A DNA stretch of 64,000 nt from Blastocatellia bacterium (GTDB lineage: Bacteria; Acidobacteriota; Blastocatellia; UBA7656). Positions 50,205 through 60,340 of this stretch are shown piece by piece. A model generated the notes under the pieces. It searched no databases. It saw only the letters and a list, made by a program, of their open reading frames with translations, and had not been told where the DNA came from. How positions within the stretch are numbered: the first letter of the stretch is position 1; every line of letters starts with the position of its first letter. Position numbers and translations under genes: made by a program. The DNA lies in assembly GCA_963832205.1 (NCBI GenBank), contig CAWHTK010000009.1:13056-77055 (forward strand). Reading direction: 5' to 3'.

Positions 50205-53200
50205 CTATGAAAACGCGTCGCCGACCAGTTGCTTCTGCTCCATCTGGTGGATCGTGTGCGAGCCTGTCGCGGGGCTTGCGCTCGCGGCGCGGCCGATATA
50301 GCGGACCTCGCGGCCGAGCATTTCGCGGAGCCTCGGCTCTACGAAAGACCACCCGCCCATGTTGCGCGGCTCTTCCTGCACCCACCGCACATCCGTTGCG
50401 CCCGAATAGCGCTTAAACACATCCTCGAGCAAGTTCTTCGGGAATGGATAAAACTGCTCGAGGCGCACGATTGCCGTCGTCTGGTCGTTTATATTCTTTC
50501 GCTCGGCGAGCAGATCGTAATAGACCTTGCCGCTTGTTAACAGCACGCGCCGCACGGCGCCCGCTTCGACCGCGCCATCATCTGATGACCGGCAGGAAGC
50601 CGCCGGTCGTGAACCGGTCGATCGGGGCTCGCGGCCTCGGGCAATCTGAGCAGGCTCTTCGGCGTGATGATGATGAGCGGCTTCGCGGGTTGCTTCACCT
50701 GCCGGCGCAAGACGTGGAAGTACTGCGCGGAGGTCGTGCAGTTGACGACCTGCATATTGCCCTCGGCGCACGACTGAAGAAATCTTTCGAAGCGCGCGCT
50801 CGAATGCTCCGGCCCCTGCCCCTCGTAACCGTGAGGCAAAAGCAGCGCGAGCCTGCTGGTCTGGTTCCACTTCTCCTCGCCCGACGATATGAACTGGTCG
50901 ATTATCACCTGCGCCGCGTTTACGAAGTCGCCGAACTGCGCCTCCCATAAAATCAGAGTGTTCTGGTCGGCGACGCTATAGCCGTACTCGAATCCGAGCG
51001 CGCCCGCTTCCGACAGCGGGCTGTCATAAATCTGAAATCTCGCCTTCTCGGGCGCAAGCTGCGTCAGCGGCGTCCACTCTTCGCCGGTCTGCGTGTCGTG
51101 GAATGCCGCGTGGCGATGGCTGAACGTGCCGCGCACCGTGTCCTGGCCGGTGAGCCGCACGCTTGTTCCCTCGATCAACACCGAGCCCGAAGGCGAGCGC
51201 CTCGGCCGTCCCCCAGTCCATCGCGGCCTGCCCTTCGACCATCTTCGCGCGCCGGCTGAGCAACCCGACTATCTTCGGGTTCAGGTTGAACCCCTGGGGC
51301 ACGGTCGTGATCGTCTGCACTATGCGGCGCAACGTATCCTGAGCGACGCCCGTCTCCATGGACCTCGACATAGTCCGGTTCGGGCGTGGGGGGAATGATG
51401 TGCGGCGAGGTCCCCTGCTTTTCGACTATGGCCTTCGCGCCCAGTTGCGCATTCTCGTAACGCCGCATCCGCTCTTCCATAAGCGACGCCGCCTCTTCGG
51501 CGGTCAGCACGCCCTCGGCAATCAGCTTGCGCGCGTAAAGCTCTCTTACGCCCGGGTGCTCGCGTATGCGCTGGTACATGACCGGCTGCGTGTACGTCGG
51601 CTCGTCGCCTTCGTTGTGCCCGAGGCGGCGGAAGCCTATCACGTCGATGACTATGTCTTTGCCGAACTTCTGCCTGTAATCGAGCGCGATCTGTAAGACA
51701 TTGTAACCCGCTTCTACGTCGTCGCTGTTGACATGAAAGATCGGCGCCTGGACCATCTTCGCGATGTCCGTGCTGTAGGTCGAAGAACGTCCTTCTTCGG
51801 GCGGAGTGGTAAAGCCGAGCTGGTTATTCACGATCATGTGAATGGTGCCGCCGGTCTTGTAGCCGGGCAACTGCGAAAGGTTGAGCGTCTCGGCCACCAC
51901 GCCTTCGCCCGCGAACGCGGCGTCGCCGTGCAGTTGCACGGCGAGGTATTTCTGAGCAGTCCCGTCGCGGTCCTGCTTTGCGCGGACAACGCCTTCGACC
52001 ACCGGGTCGACGAATTCAAGATGGCTGGGGTTCGGCGTGACCGACAGCGTCACCTGGCCGCCGCCCTCGGTTTCGCGCACTCCGCTTGCGCCCTGGTGAT
52101 ACTTCACGTCGCCCTGGTCGTGCGGGTGATTAGGGTGGATCGACCCCTCGAAGCTGGTAAATATACGCTCGCAGAATTTGCCTATGACGTTCGCGATCAC
52201 GTTGAGCCGGCCGCGGTGCGCCATGCCTATCGTTATGTCGCCGACCCCGCGCCGGGCCGCGCCCTCTATGAGCTGATCGAGCAGCGCGATGACCGTCTCG
52301 TTGCCTTCGACAGAGAACCGCTTCTGGCCAAGGTATTTTGTGCCGAGGAACTTCTCGAACAGCTCGGCCGAAATCAGCTTCCAGAGCATCTGCCGGCGGT
52401 CAGCGTTCCGGGATCGCCGGCGGATCGGCCTCGACCCGCGCGCGTATCCACTCTTTCTCTTCGGGCCCCTGTATGTGACGGTATTCGATGCCGACCTTGC
52501 TGCCGTAATATCGCTGAAGCAGCTCGACTATCTCGCGGAGCGTCGCGGTCTCTTTGCCGCCGATGCCGCCCGATACGAACTGGCGGTCGAGGTCCCAGAT
52601 CGTAAGCCCGTATGTTTCGATGTCAAGCTCCGGGTGATACTGCACCTCTTCCCAGCCGAGCGGGTCGATGTCCGCTATCAGGTGGCCGCGCACGCGGTAG
52701 GCGTTTATCAATTCAAAGACGCGCGCCTGCTTGCGAACTTCGTCGCGGCTGCGATCTTCGCCGAATATCGCGGGGTTGATGTCGGTCGCCCAGCGGTACG
52801 GGCGGTAAGGGATGCTGAGGTCGCGAAATATCTCTTCGTAAAACTCGTGCTGCCCGCGCAGCATCTCGTCGATAGCCGCGAGAAACGCCCCCGACTCCGC
52901 GCCCTGTATGATTCGGTGGTCGTAGGTCGAAGTGATCGTCATGATCTTGCTGATGCCGATGCGCGAGAGACCCTCGGGCGACATCCCCTGGTACTCGGGC
53001 GGGTATTCTATCGCGCCCGTCGCCACTATAGTCCCCTGCCCCTTCATCAGCCGCGGGTTCGAGGCGGTCGTGCCAATCGTGCCGGGGTTGGTCAGGCTGA
53101 TCGTCGTGCCCTCAAAGTCCGCCAGAGTGAGCTTGCCCGCGCGCGCGCGGCGTATTATGTCGTCGTAAGCGTCCAGCAGCTCGGAAAACGACATTTTGTC

Positions 53201-53962
53201 GGCGCCCTTGACGTTTGGCACAAGAAGCGAGCGCGTGCCGTCCTTTTTTGTCACGTCGACGGCGACGCCGAGATTCACCTGCGAATGCTTCACGCGGTAA
53301 CCCGCGCCGTCCTTCTCCTCGTATGAATCGTTCATCCGCGGGAACGAATCGAGCGCTTTGACGATGGCGCGGGCGATCAGGTGCGTGTAAGAGACTTTGC
53401 GCCCGCGAAGTTTCAGAAACTGGTTTATCAGGCGGCGATTCTCGTCGAGCAGCTTTATCGGTATCTGCCGCTGCGAGGTGGCGGTCGGGACGCTTATGCT
53501 CGCCTCCATATTTTCGGCGATGCGAAGCGCCGGGCCGCGCAGCGGTATAAGCTCTTCCGCTTTATCGGCAGGAGCCGCTTCGGGAGGCTTTGGCGCGGGC
53601 GCGCTCGCTTCCGCCGCAGTCGCGGGGGCGTCGGGCGCGGGGGCCGGTTTTTGAGCCGCGGGGCTGGCCGCAGGATCTGTCCTCCCCCAATCGTAAGTCG
53701 CGTGCAGCGACTGGGCCGCTCGCGGAGCCGAGCTTGCGGGCGCGGCCGGGGCAACATCAGGGCTCGACTCTTTGCCGTCGCCCGCGGCGGCCGAGCCACC
53801 GTTTCCTAAAAGGCCGTGGAAATACTCTCGCCATTCCTCGTCGACAAGCCTCGGGTTGCGCTCGAACTGCCGGAACAGCTCGCCCACATAGTCCGCGTTA
53901 ACGCCGAATTCATCGGCTATAAGTTCATCGAGTTCCGCCTGATCGATTTGCCTGCTCATCAT
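50205..53962 (-). pseudogene. kgd: multifunctional 2-oxoglutarate dehydrogenase, Kgd/OdhA type (N-terminal E2 succinyltransferase catalytic domain fused to E1o); five frameshifts as sequenced
   Basis: ORF 52400..53962 holds the ODH N-terminal motif (GVNADYVGELFRQFERNP), an Ala/Pro linker, and the acyltransferase domain (PLRGPALRIAENM...STYDHRIIQGAESGAFL). E1o follows across ORFs 51175..52389 (GMAHRGRLNV, HGDAAFAGEGVV TPP motif), 51024..51371, 50537..51181, a short third-frame piece ([14 protein letters not shown]), and 50205..50948 (SGKVYYDLL...WVQEEPRNMG.W). Shifts lie near 52400, 51365, 51180, 50625 and 50585. Total about 1250 codons. Confidence 0.88.
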
Positions 53963-54188
53963 CCTCCCTCGCTACAGAGAAATAGTAGTTTAATCCTCGT
54001 GTGACCGGCAAACAACTCGCCGCCGGGGAAGAAGAAAACAGCCGTAGCTTGTTCAGCCCTTTAAGGCTGGGGTAAACTTCAATATATTCATCCGCGATGA
54101 ACCCGCAGAACTTGGCACCGGCCTGAACGTACAATAAAGGCGGCCCTCGCGTTGGATGTTTTGACCCTGTACAAAAGGAGATTAGCAC

Positions 54189-55505
54189 GTGAAGAGAGTT
54201 GTTTCGGCCCTATTATTGGCGGTTGCGCTGTCTGTCGCCGCATTCGCGCAGGCCAGCCGCCCCGAAGTCATGGGCGTGGCACCCGGCCCCAGCGAGCTTC
54301 GTCAAAAAACATTCGACATAGTCTGGCGCACGGTTAAAGATAAGCATTTCGATCCGACATTCGGCGGCGTCAACTGGGACAAGGTGCGCGAGAAGTATTC
54401 GCCGCGCGCGGCCGAGGTAAAAAGCGACGCGGAGCTTCACTCGCTGCTACAGCAGATGCTCGGCGAGCTTGGCCAGTCGCACTTCGGGATACTGCCGCCG
54501 GAGGCGGTCGCGAGCGATGAAGCCAGCCGGCAAAAAGAGGGCGACATCGGCATTGACGTGCGCGCGCTCGACGGCCGGATTGTCATAACGAGTGTTGACG
54601 AAGGGTCGAAGGCGGCGTCGGCGGGCCTGAAGGCGGGCTTCGTCATCGAAGAGGTCAACGGCCAGCCGGTACAGAAAGTGTTCGAGCGGTTTTCAAAGAC
54701 CAAGCTCTCGCCCGCCACGGCAAACCTCTACATCAATCGCATCGTGCTCGGCCGCATAAACGGAGAGCCCGGAACCTCGGTCCGGCTCGCCTACCTCGAC
54801 GGCGGTGATAAGCGCGCGGAAGCCACGGTCGAGCGCGGCAAGCTCAAGGGCGAGTTCTCGCCGGCGTTCGGGAATTTCCCGCCGCAGCATATGAAGTTTG
54901 AATCCCGAAGGCTCGCGGGCAACATAGGGTACATCAGCTTCAACATCTGGGTCGTGCCGATGATGGAGCGCATACGCGAGGCGATTCGCGCGCACTCGGA
55001 CGCTTCGGGCATCATAATAGATCTGCGCGGCAACCCCGGCGGCGTCGGCGCGATGGCGCCCGCGATTGCCGGGCAGCTCGAAACAAAACAGGTTTCGCTC
55101 GGCACCATGCGAATGAGGGCGGGGCATAACAACTTCGTGGCCTTCCCGAAACCGGACGCCTACAAAGGCCCCGTGATAATCTTGATAGACGGGCTGAGCG
55201 CCTCGACCAGCGAAGTATTCGCGAGCGGCATGCAAGAGATCGGGCGCGCCATCGTCGTAGGCGAGACGAGCGTCGGCGCGGCGCTGCCTTCGGTCTTTGA
55301 AAAACTGCCCACGGGCGCCGTCTTCCAGTATGCGATAGCGGACTTCAGGACCCCGCGCGGCGTATTGATCGAGGGGCGCGGTGTGGTGCCGGACGTGAAG
55401 GTAAAGATCGAGCGCAAGAAGTTGCTTGAGGGGCGCGACGCGCAGTTGGATGCGGCCGTAGAGCAGGTGAGGAAAAAGTCGAAATCGGCGGCGGGACGGG
55501 AATGA
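54189..55505 (+). CDS. S41-family (C-terminal processing/tricorn-core-like) serine peptidase with PDZ domain
   Basis: GTG start 8 nt after AAAGGAG. Signal peptide. PDZ-like region (GIDVRALDGRIVITSVDEGSKAASAGLKAGFVIEEVNG). IIIDLRGNPGG and LIDGLSASTSEVFA. Confidence 0.85.
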   Translation: MKRVVSALLLAVALSVAAFAQASRPEVMGVAPGPSELRQKTFDIVWRTVKDKHFDPTFGGVNWDKVREKYSPRAAEVKSDAELHSLLQQMLGELGQSHFGILPPEAVASDEASRQKEGDIGIDVRALDGRIVITSVDEGSKAASAGLKAGFVIEEVNGQPVQKVFERFSKTKLSPATANLYINRIVLGRINGEPGTSVRLAYLDGGDKRAEATVERGKLKGEFSPAFGNFPPQHMKFESRRLAGNIGYISFNIWVVPMMERIREAIRAHSDASGIIIDLRGNPGGVGAMAPAIAGQLETKQVSLGTMRMRAGHNNFVAFPKPDAYKGPVIILIDGLSASTSEVFASGMQEIGRAIVVGETSVGAALPSVFEKLPTGAVFQYAIADFRTPRGVLIEGRGVVPDVKVKIERKKLLEGRDAQLDAAVEQVRKKSKSAAGRE

Positions 55506-55561
55506 CCCGTTCGCCGGAGGCATAAAGTATTTTATTAATGTTTTTGAGAAAGGATTAACCA

Positions 55562-56299
55562 ATGAAGCGAACACTTACAACCATGTTTTTGCTGCTGGCC
55601 ATGGGCCTGGCAGCTTTCGCGCAAACGACTCCGGCGCCGAGCCTGCCGTCGCTTGACGACGTGCTGAAGAAGAGCCTTGAAGCCACGGGCGGCAAGGCGG
55701 CCATCGAGAAGGTCAACAGCCGCGTCGCAAAGGGCACGTTCGAGATACCCGCGATGGGCGCGAGCGGATCGGTCGAGACCTACTCCAAAGCGCCGAACAA
55801 AACGCTCACGGTCGTCACGCTCGAAGGACTAGGGGTAATTACTCAGGGCTATGACGGGAAGACCGCGTGGGCCAAGGACCCGTTCCAGGGATTGCGCGAC
55901 CTGACCGGAGCGGAGCTATCGGCGCTAAAGCGCGAGGCTGAATTTTTCGGCGAGCTGAAGTTCAAAGAGCTTTACCCGAAAGCCGCCGTCACCGGCAAAT
56001 CGAAGGTAGGCGAGCGCGAAGTCTATGTCGTCGAGGCGACCCCGGCGGATGGCGAGCCCGAGAAGTTTTACTTCGACGCGCAGAGCGGTCTGCTGCTTCG
56101 CAAGGACAGCGTCGTCGACGGGCCGCAGGGCAGGATGCCGTCCGAGTCTTACTTTGAAGACTATAAGGCGGTCAACGGCATAATGATGCCGCACACGATC
56201 AAGCAGTCAAACAGCGCCATTAGCTTTCTCATAAAGCTAAATGACGTTAAGCACAACGTCGCGATTGAAGACGCGAAGTTCCTAAAACCCGCTCAATAA
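55562..56299 (+). CDS. secreted hypothetical protein (LolA-like fold suspected)
   Basis: Signal peptide MKRTLTTMFLLLAMGLAAFAQ. Beta-rich repeat pattern. Likely co-transcribed with the S41 peptidase (56-nt gap). Confidence 0.65.
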   Translation: MKRTLTTMFLLLAMGLAAFAQTTPAPSLPSLDDVLKKSLEATGGKAAIEKVNSRVAKGTFEIPAMGASGSVETYSKAPNKTLTVVTLEGLGVITQGYDGKTAWAKDPFQGLRDLTGAELSALKREAEFFGELKFKELYPKAAVTGKSKVGEREVYVVEATPADGEPEKFYFDAQSGLLLRKDSVVDGPQGRMPSESYFEDYKAVNGIMMPHTIKQSNSAISFLIKLNDVKHNVAIEDAKFLKPAQ

Positions 56300-56311
56300 A
56301 CGGCAATCGGC

Positions 56312-56366
56312 GGGCGGATGACGGGGGCCGGTCCGAATTCATCGGCCCCGTCATCCGCCCCTTTAT
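56312..56366 (+). terminator. long GC hairpin after the peptidase operon (putative terminator)
   Basis: GGGCGGATGACGGGGGCCG (56312-56330) pairs with CGGCCCCGTCATCCGCCC (56343-56360), about 18 bp with one bulge, followed by CTTTATCT (weak U-tract). Confidence 0.55.
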
Positions 56367-56480
56367 CTGCCCGCCTCAAGAGCGTCATCCTTTCATACGC
56401 CGTTGACAATAAAGCTGACACAACGGCCCCTCCCGCCCGCCTAAATCGCCCGTAAACGGCGCAACGCGACCGAAAGTTAC

Positions 56481-56496
56481 TGGCACACGCGTTGCA
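56481..56496 (+). promoter_or_regulatory. sigma-54 (-24/-12) promoter
   Basis: TGGCAC-ACGCG-TTGCA is a perfect match to TGGCAC-N5-TTGCW. It lies about 48 nt upstream of the ATG at 56544. The inverted repeat GCCGTTG(56399-56405)/CAACGGC(56421-56427), about 80-105 nt upstream of the expected start site, could be an enhancer site. Confidence 0.6.
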
Positions 56497-56543
56497 GTTT
56501 CAGACTATGAATTGATAAATCGAGCAAGGAGGGATGAGCAGTC

Positions 56544-56975
56544 ATGACTAGAATAAGGAAGGGTGCTATTGCGGCCGTGTTGATGATAGCGGCGATGTCG
56601 TCGCTGGCGCTCGCGCAGGGGCCGGTTAATAAGCGCGTCAATTATTCGATAAACGTTAGCCACGCGCTCAGGATGGGTGATTACATACTACCGGCGGGCA
56701 AGTATGTGCTTTATCAGCCGAATCAGAATGATGTGAACCTGTTTGCGCTTTACCACATGGACCTGACGCGCTCGCCGATAGCGATGATCAGGACGACGCG
56801 CGTCGAATACCATGCCAACGACTACCCTGACGATACACGGTTGATGATCAGCATGGACGAAACGAGCAGCGATAACCATCCTGTGCTTCGCGGCTGGACG
56901 ATTCCGGGAATGGACGGGTGGGAGATAATTTCGGTCGTGGCGAAGAACAAGGATGTTCTCACGCGAATCAGGTAA
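56544..56975 (+). CDS. small secreted hypothetical protein
   Basis: ATG 10 nt after AAGGAGGG. Signal peptide GAIAAVLMIAAMSSLALAQG. GC content is visibly lower than its neighbours. No family recognised. Confidence 0.65.
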   Translation: MTRIRKGAIAAVLMIAAMSSLALAQGPVNKRVNYSINVSHALRMGDYILPAGKYVLYQPNQNDVNLFALYHMDLTRSPIAMIRTTRVEYHANDYPDDTRLMISMDETSSDNHPVLRGWTIPGMDGWEIISVVAKNKDVLTRIR

Positions 56976-57024
56976 TAAGGGGATTGGACGCTGAAAAGAA
57001 ACTCTCTGCGGAAGATGCTCTAGC

Positions 57025-57051
57025 GGGGCGCGACTTGCGCCCCTTTTTTTC
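57025..57051 (+). terminator. rho-independent terminator
   Basis: GGGGCGC-GACTT-GCGCCCC followed by TTTTTTT. Confidence 0.85.
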
Positions 57052-57134
57052 TGCCTTTATTATTCCTTCTGCCCTGAAGTAATATTCACCCTCGCATCAC
57101 CCGCTCACAGCCTGTAGCGGCTATCGGGAGATTA

Positions 57135-57770
57135 ATGCCTTTGATGGATAGACTGTCAGACTTGATCGACTCGCGCGGGGTTCTGATCGCCGCAATCGCC
57201 CTGCAGGTCGCCTTCCGCGCGGCATACTTTTTTTATATAGGCCTGAGGCTCAGAGCAGCGCGGCGAGATATGACGAGCGATAAAGAGACGCGCGCCGAGA
57301 ACTGGCTGAGGTTCAAGAAGCACGCGGCCTTTATACTCGACGGCGACGGCGTGGCGCTCGCGCTGGTCATCGCGGTTTCGATCAACACGCTGTCGATAGA
57401 ATCAAACGAATTATTGGTCAGACTGCTCGGCGCAATACTGGTTGTGGTTGGAATCACGGTGAAAGTAAGCGCCTATCGCATCATCGGCACGAAGGGCTAT
57501 TACTGGTTCAACTTCTTTTGCGACGGCGACGAGCGCGAGTACGTGAAGCGGGGGATATACAAGTACCTCAACAACCCGATGTACGGGCCGGGTTACCTTC
57601 ATGTATTCGGGTTTCCGCTGCTATTTCTGTCGAAGTGGGGGCTGGCGGCCGCGGCGTTTAGCTGGGCGGTGGTCTGGGCCTTCTATTTCGCCTTCGAGCG
57701 CAGCCACACCTTTTCTCACTACCGGTCCCAGAGCGCGCCTGACGCGGCGCGGCCCGCGGGCCATCGCTGA
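57135..57770 (+). CDS. ICMT/PEMT-family membrane methyltransferase
   Basis: Multi-TM protein. GIYKYLNNPMYGPGYLHVFGFPLLF resembles the G.Y..(V/L)R(H/N)PMY.G motif of isoprenylcysteine carboxyl / phospholipid methyltransferases. Confidence 0.65.
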   Translation: MPLMDRLSDLIDSRGVLIAAIALQVAFRAAYFFYIGLRLRAARRDMTSDKETRAENWLRFKKHAAFILDGDGVALALVIAVSINTLSIESNELLVRLLGAILVVVGITVKVSAYRIIGTKGYYWFNFFCDGDEREYVKRGIYKYLNNPMYGPGYLHVFGFPLLFLSKWGLAAAAFSWAVVWAFYFAFERSHTFSHYRSQSAPDAARPAGHR

Positions 57771-57776
57771 CGCCGA

Positions 57777-58211
57777 TCAATCATTTGTCGTGCGAGATTC
57801 GAGTGAGTCTATACGGTCAACCGCATCGGCATATTGCTGCTCCAGGGCGGAGAGCTTTTCCTCAAGCTCAGGGTTTCCGCGTCGTCGGCGCACAATCGCC
57901 CACGCGATAAACCCCAGCCCGAGCGCGGCCAGACCCCAGGCGATAACCGTCAAAGTCTCGCGGTCTATTCCGTACTCGATCCATAACCCGGCATTCCCTT
58001 CGGTAAGCTCGTAGGCCGCGCCCGCCGCAAGCAGCACCGCGAATACGCCGCCGCCCATAGCCGCGGCCACACCCATCCTTCCCGCGTCAAGTTCGTGGCC
58101 GAGGTCGTTTATATCAGAGCGGAGCTGGCGCAGGTGGTTATCGAGGGATATAGAATCTTCGGCGTCGGGCCGGACCGTGACACGATCGGCTTCGCTGTTT
58201 TCCGAGCGCAT
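57777..58211 (-). CDS. hypothetical two-TM protein with flanking coiled-coil segments
   Basis: 144-aa ORF with TM segments GVAAAMGGGVFAVLLAAGAAY and TVIAWGLAALGLGFIAWAIV. Confidence 0.5.
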   Translation of the reverse strand: MRSENSEADRVTVRPDAEDSISLDNHLRQLRSDINDLGHELDAGRMGVAAAMGGGVFAVLLAAGAAYELTEGNAGLWIEYGIDRETLTVIAWGLAALGLGFIAWAIVRRRRGNPELEEKLSALEQQYADAVDRIDSLESRTTND

Positions 58212-58274
58212 AATAGACCGGAGAGAATCGCGGCCCGCCGTTCACACAAGATTCGGCGGGCCGCGATTGCAAGA

Positions 58275-59264
58275 TCACTTGATGAACGTGCCGGTGCGCG
58301 ACCAGCGGGATTTCTTAAAGAAGTCTACGATGAAGTTTGAATCGCCCTCGGGATCGGGCGTCGGGTCTATGGACCAGTAAACGAACATCGCGCGGCCGAC
58401 CACGCTCGCGCGCGGCACGGTGCCCCATACGCGGCCGTCCAGGCTGTTGTCGCGGTTGTCTCCCATGCAGAAGTATTGATCGCTGTCGTAAAGGCTGTCG
58501 CCATCCGCGTCATATACGCGCCGCTTTTGCGAATCGCTTAATATGTCTTCGGGCACCTTGTCGCCTTTTCGCGGGACGGTGAAAGGATGGCCCATCTTCC
58601 CGTACTTGATGCTGTCGTCGTTATCAAGCTCGGCAACGCCCCGCTCGCTGTCGTAAAAGACGCTCCAGGTGGCCCCTTCCGCCGCATCTTCCTGTTCCTG
58701 TCTTAACGGGAGCGCGCTGTGCCCGCCGCCAACGTGCTCGGCATAGATCTTATTTTCGGGCAGCTCTTTACCGTTTATGAAGACTGTGTTCGTGCTCCCA
58801 TCATACTCGACCGTTTCGCCGGGCAGGCCGATCACCCGCTTGACATAATTAGTCTGCGGGTCTTCGGGGAACTTAAAGACTATGACGTCGCCGCGCCGGA
58901 TGACCCGCGACGGCAGCAGCGCGCCGATTAACGGAATGTCATTCTGGCCGTATATGAACTTATTTACGAGCAGGTGGTCCTGTATCCATATAGTGTTCTT
59001 CATAGAGCCGGTCGGCACCTTGACCGCCTGAACTATGAACGTCATGCCGAACAGGGCCATGATGAGAGTCACGACCGCGGACTCGAAATACTCTCGGGCG
59101 ACGCTCTTCTTAAAGTGAGGCTCGTGCGACGCATCCCTGCCCGGGATCACCTGTTCCGCGGGCGAGTCGCTCGTCACGTCCCGGCGCTGAGGCTCGACGG
59201 TTTCGGTCCCCGACGAATCTTCCCGCGTTGTAACATCCAGCTCATCGCTCATAATTTCGCTCAC
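58275..59264 (-). CDS. lepB: signal peptidase I
   Basis: Acidic N-terminal extension and TM. Box B PTGSMKNT (catalytic Ser), box C RGDVIVFKFP, box D YVKRVIGLPGE (catalytic Lys), box E FCMGDNRDNSLDGRVWG. Confidence 0.9.
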   Translation of the reverse strand: MSEIMSDELDVTTREDSSGTETVEPQRRDVTSDSPAEQVIPGRDASHEPHFKKSVAREYFESAVVTLIMALFGMTFIVQAVKVPTGSMKNTIWIQDHLLVNKFIYGQNDIPLIGALLPSRVIRRGDVIVFKFPEDPQTNYVKRVIGLPGETVEYDGSTNTVFINGKELPENKIYAEHVGGGHSALPLRQEQEDAAEGATWSVFYDSERGVAELDNDDSIKYGKMGHPFTVPRKGDKVPEDILSDSQKRRVYDADGDSLYDSDQYFCMGDNRDNSLDGRVWGTVPRASVVGRAMFVYWSIDPTPDPEGDSNFIVDFFKKSRWSRTGTFIK

Positions 59265-60214
59265 CCCTGCTCATAATATTTCCAATCGTCGATAACGCAG
59301 GCGGCCACATGTTCCTCATCCCTTTCCTGCTCTGAAAGCGAAGCGGCCGGCGCGTCCTGGCTCGCGTCCCGCCCGATCTCAACCACCGCCCCCGTTTGTG
59401 CCAGGCAATCGTCCGGCTGCTTTGATGCAGGAATGTAATCGTCCGGCCCCCGTACTTGCCCGTCGCGCTCGATCAAATCGAGACTGTCGTCCGCGCCCTC
59501 GCCGACCAGGTCCATCTCCGTCAGCGCCACGCGCGCGGCCTCCTGCTGAGCGAGCTTTATCGTGTGACCTTCGCCGGTGGCTATCGCGTGCCCGCCCACG
59601 CGAAGCTCGACTCTAAAGGTGCGACGGTGGTCCGGGCCGAAAACCTCGACCACCTGATAATCCGGCGCACAACCGCCCACGGCCTGAAGCCTCTCCTGTA
59701 AGGCGGACTTGTAATCCGCGCCAATCATCGAAGCCGGATCAATCGCGGTGAGCCTGTCGCGCAGCTCGCGGCGCAGGAATCGCTCGGCGACCGAAACCCC
59801 GCCGTCAACATAGAGCGCCCCGATGAGCGCTTCGTACGCATCGGCGAGCAATGCGCGCTTGCGGCGGCCTCCGGTCTTCTCCTCGCCCCGGTTGAGCAAA
59901 ATATATCGGCCAAGGTCTATCTCTTCGGCAAGCTCGACCAGGCTCGCTTCGCTGACAAGGTAGGCTTTAATCTTTGACAGCTTCCCTTCCGAAAGGTCGG
60001 GGAATCGTTCGAGCAGCCACGCGCTCACGACAAACCCCAGCACCGAATCGCCCAGAAATTCCATGGCCTCATTATGCTGGCATTTTTCCGAGACCCGCTC
60101 GTTGGCAAACGAGCGGTGCGTGAGAGCGCGGTCCAACAGGGCCCGCGACCGAAACGAGTAGCCGGTTTTTTGCTCCAGCTCTGACAGCAGTTTTTCGCGT
60201 TCGAGTGTTATCAT
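59261..60214 (-). CDS. rnc: ribonuclease III with ~85-aa acidic C-terminal extension
   Basis: ALTHRSF, signature NEAMEFLGDSVLG, and dsRBD (DYKSALQE...FRVELRVGGHAIATGEGHTIKLAQQEAARVAL). The ORF continues for about 85 further D/E-rich codons, and its stop overlaps the lepB start by 4 nt. Confidence 0.88.
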   Translation of the reverse strand: MITLEREKLLSELEQKTGYSFRSRALLDRALTHRSFANERVSEKCQHNEAMEFLGDSVLGFVVSAWLLERFPDLSEGKLSKIKAYLVSEASLVELAEEIDLGRYILLNRGEEKTGGRRKRALLADAYEALIGALYVDGGVSVAERFLRRELRDRLTAIDPASMIGADYKSALQERLQAVGGCAPDYQVVEVFGPDHRRTFRVELRVGGHAIATGEGHTIKLAQQEAARVALTEMDLVGEGADDSLDLIERDGQVRGPDDYIPASKQPDDCLAQTGAVVEIGRDASQDAPAASLSEQERDEEHVAACVIDDWKYYEQG

Positions 60215-60340
60215 AGCCTTGCGCTATATGCCCCCTCGCTGCACGTTCTCAATATACCACATCAGGCCGACGCGCCGTAGTTCTACAAAGACCTCTTGCG
60301 CAACTCGCGTTATGGAGCGCGGGGGGTTGTCGCGGTCGCT

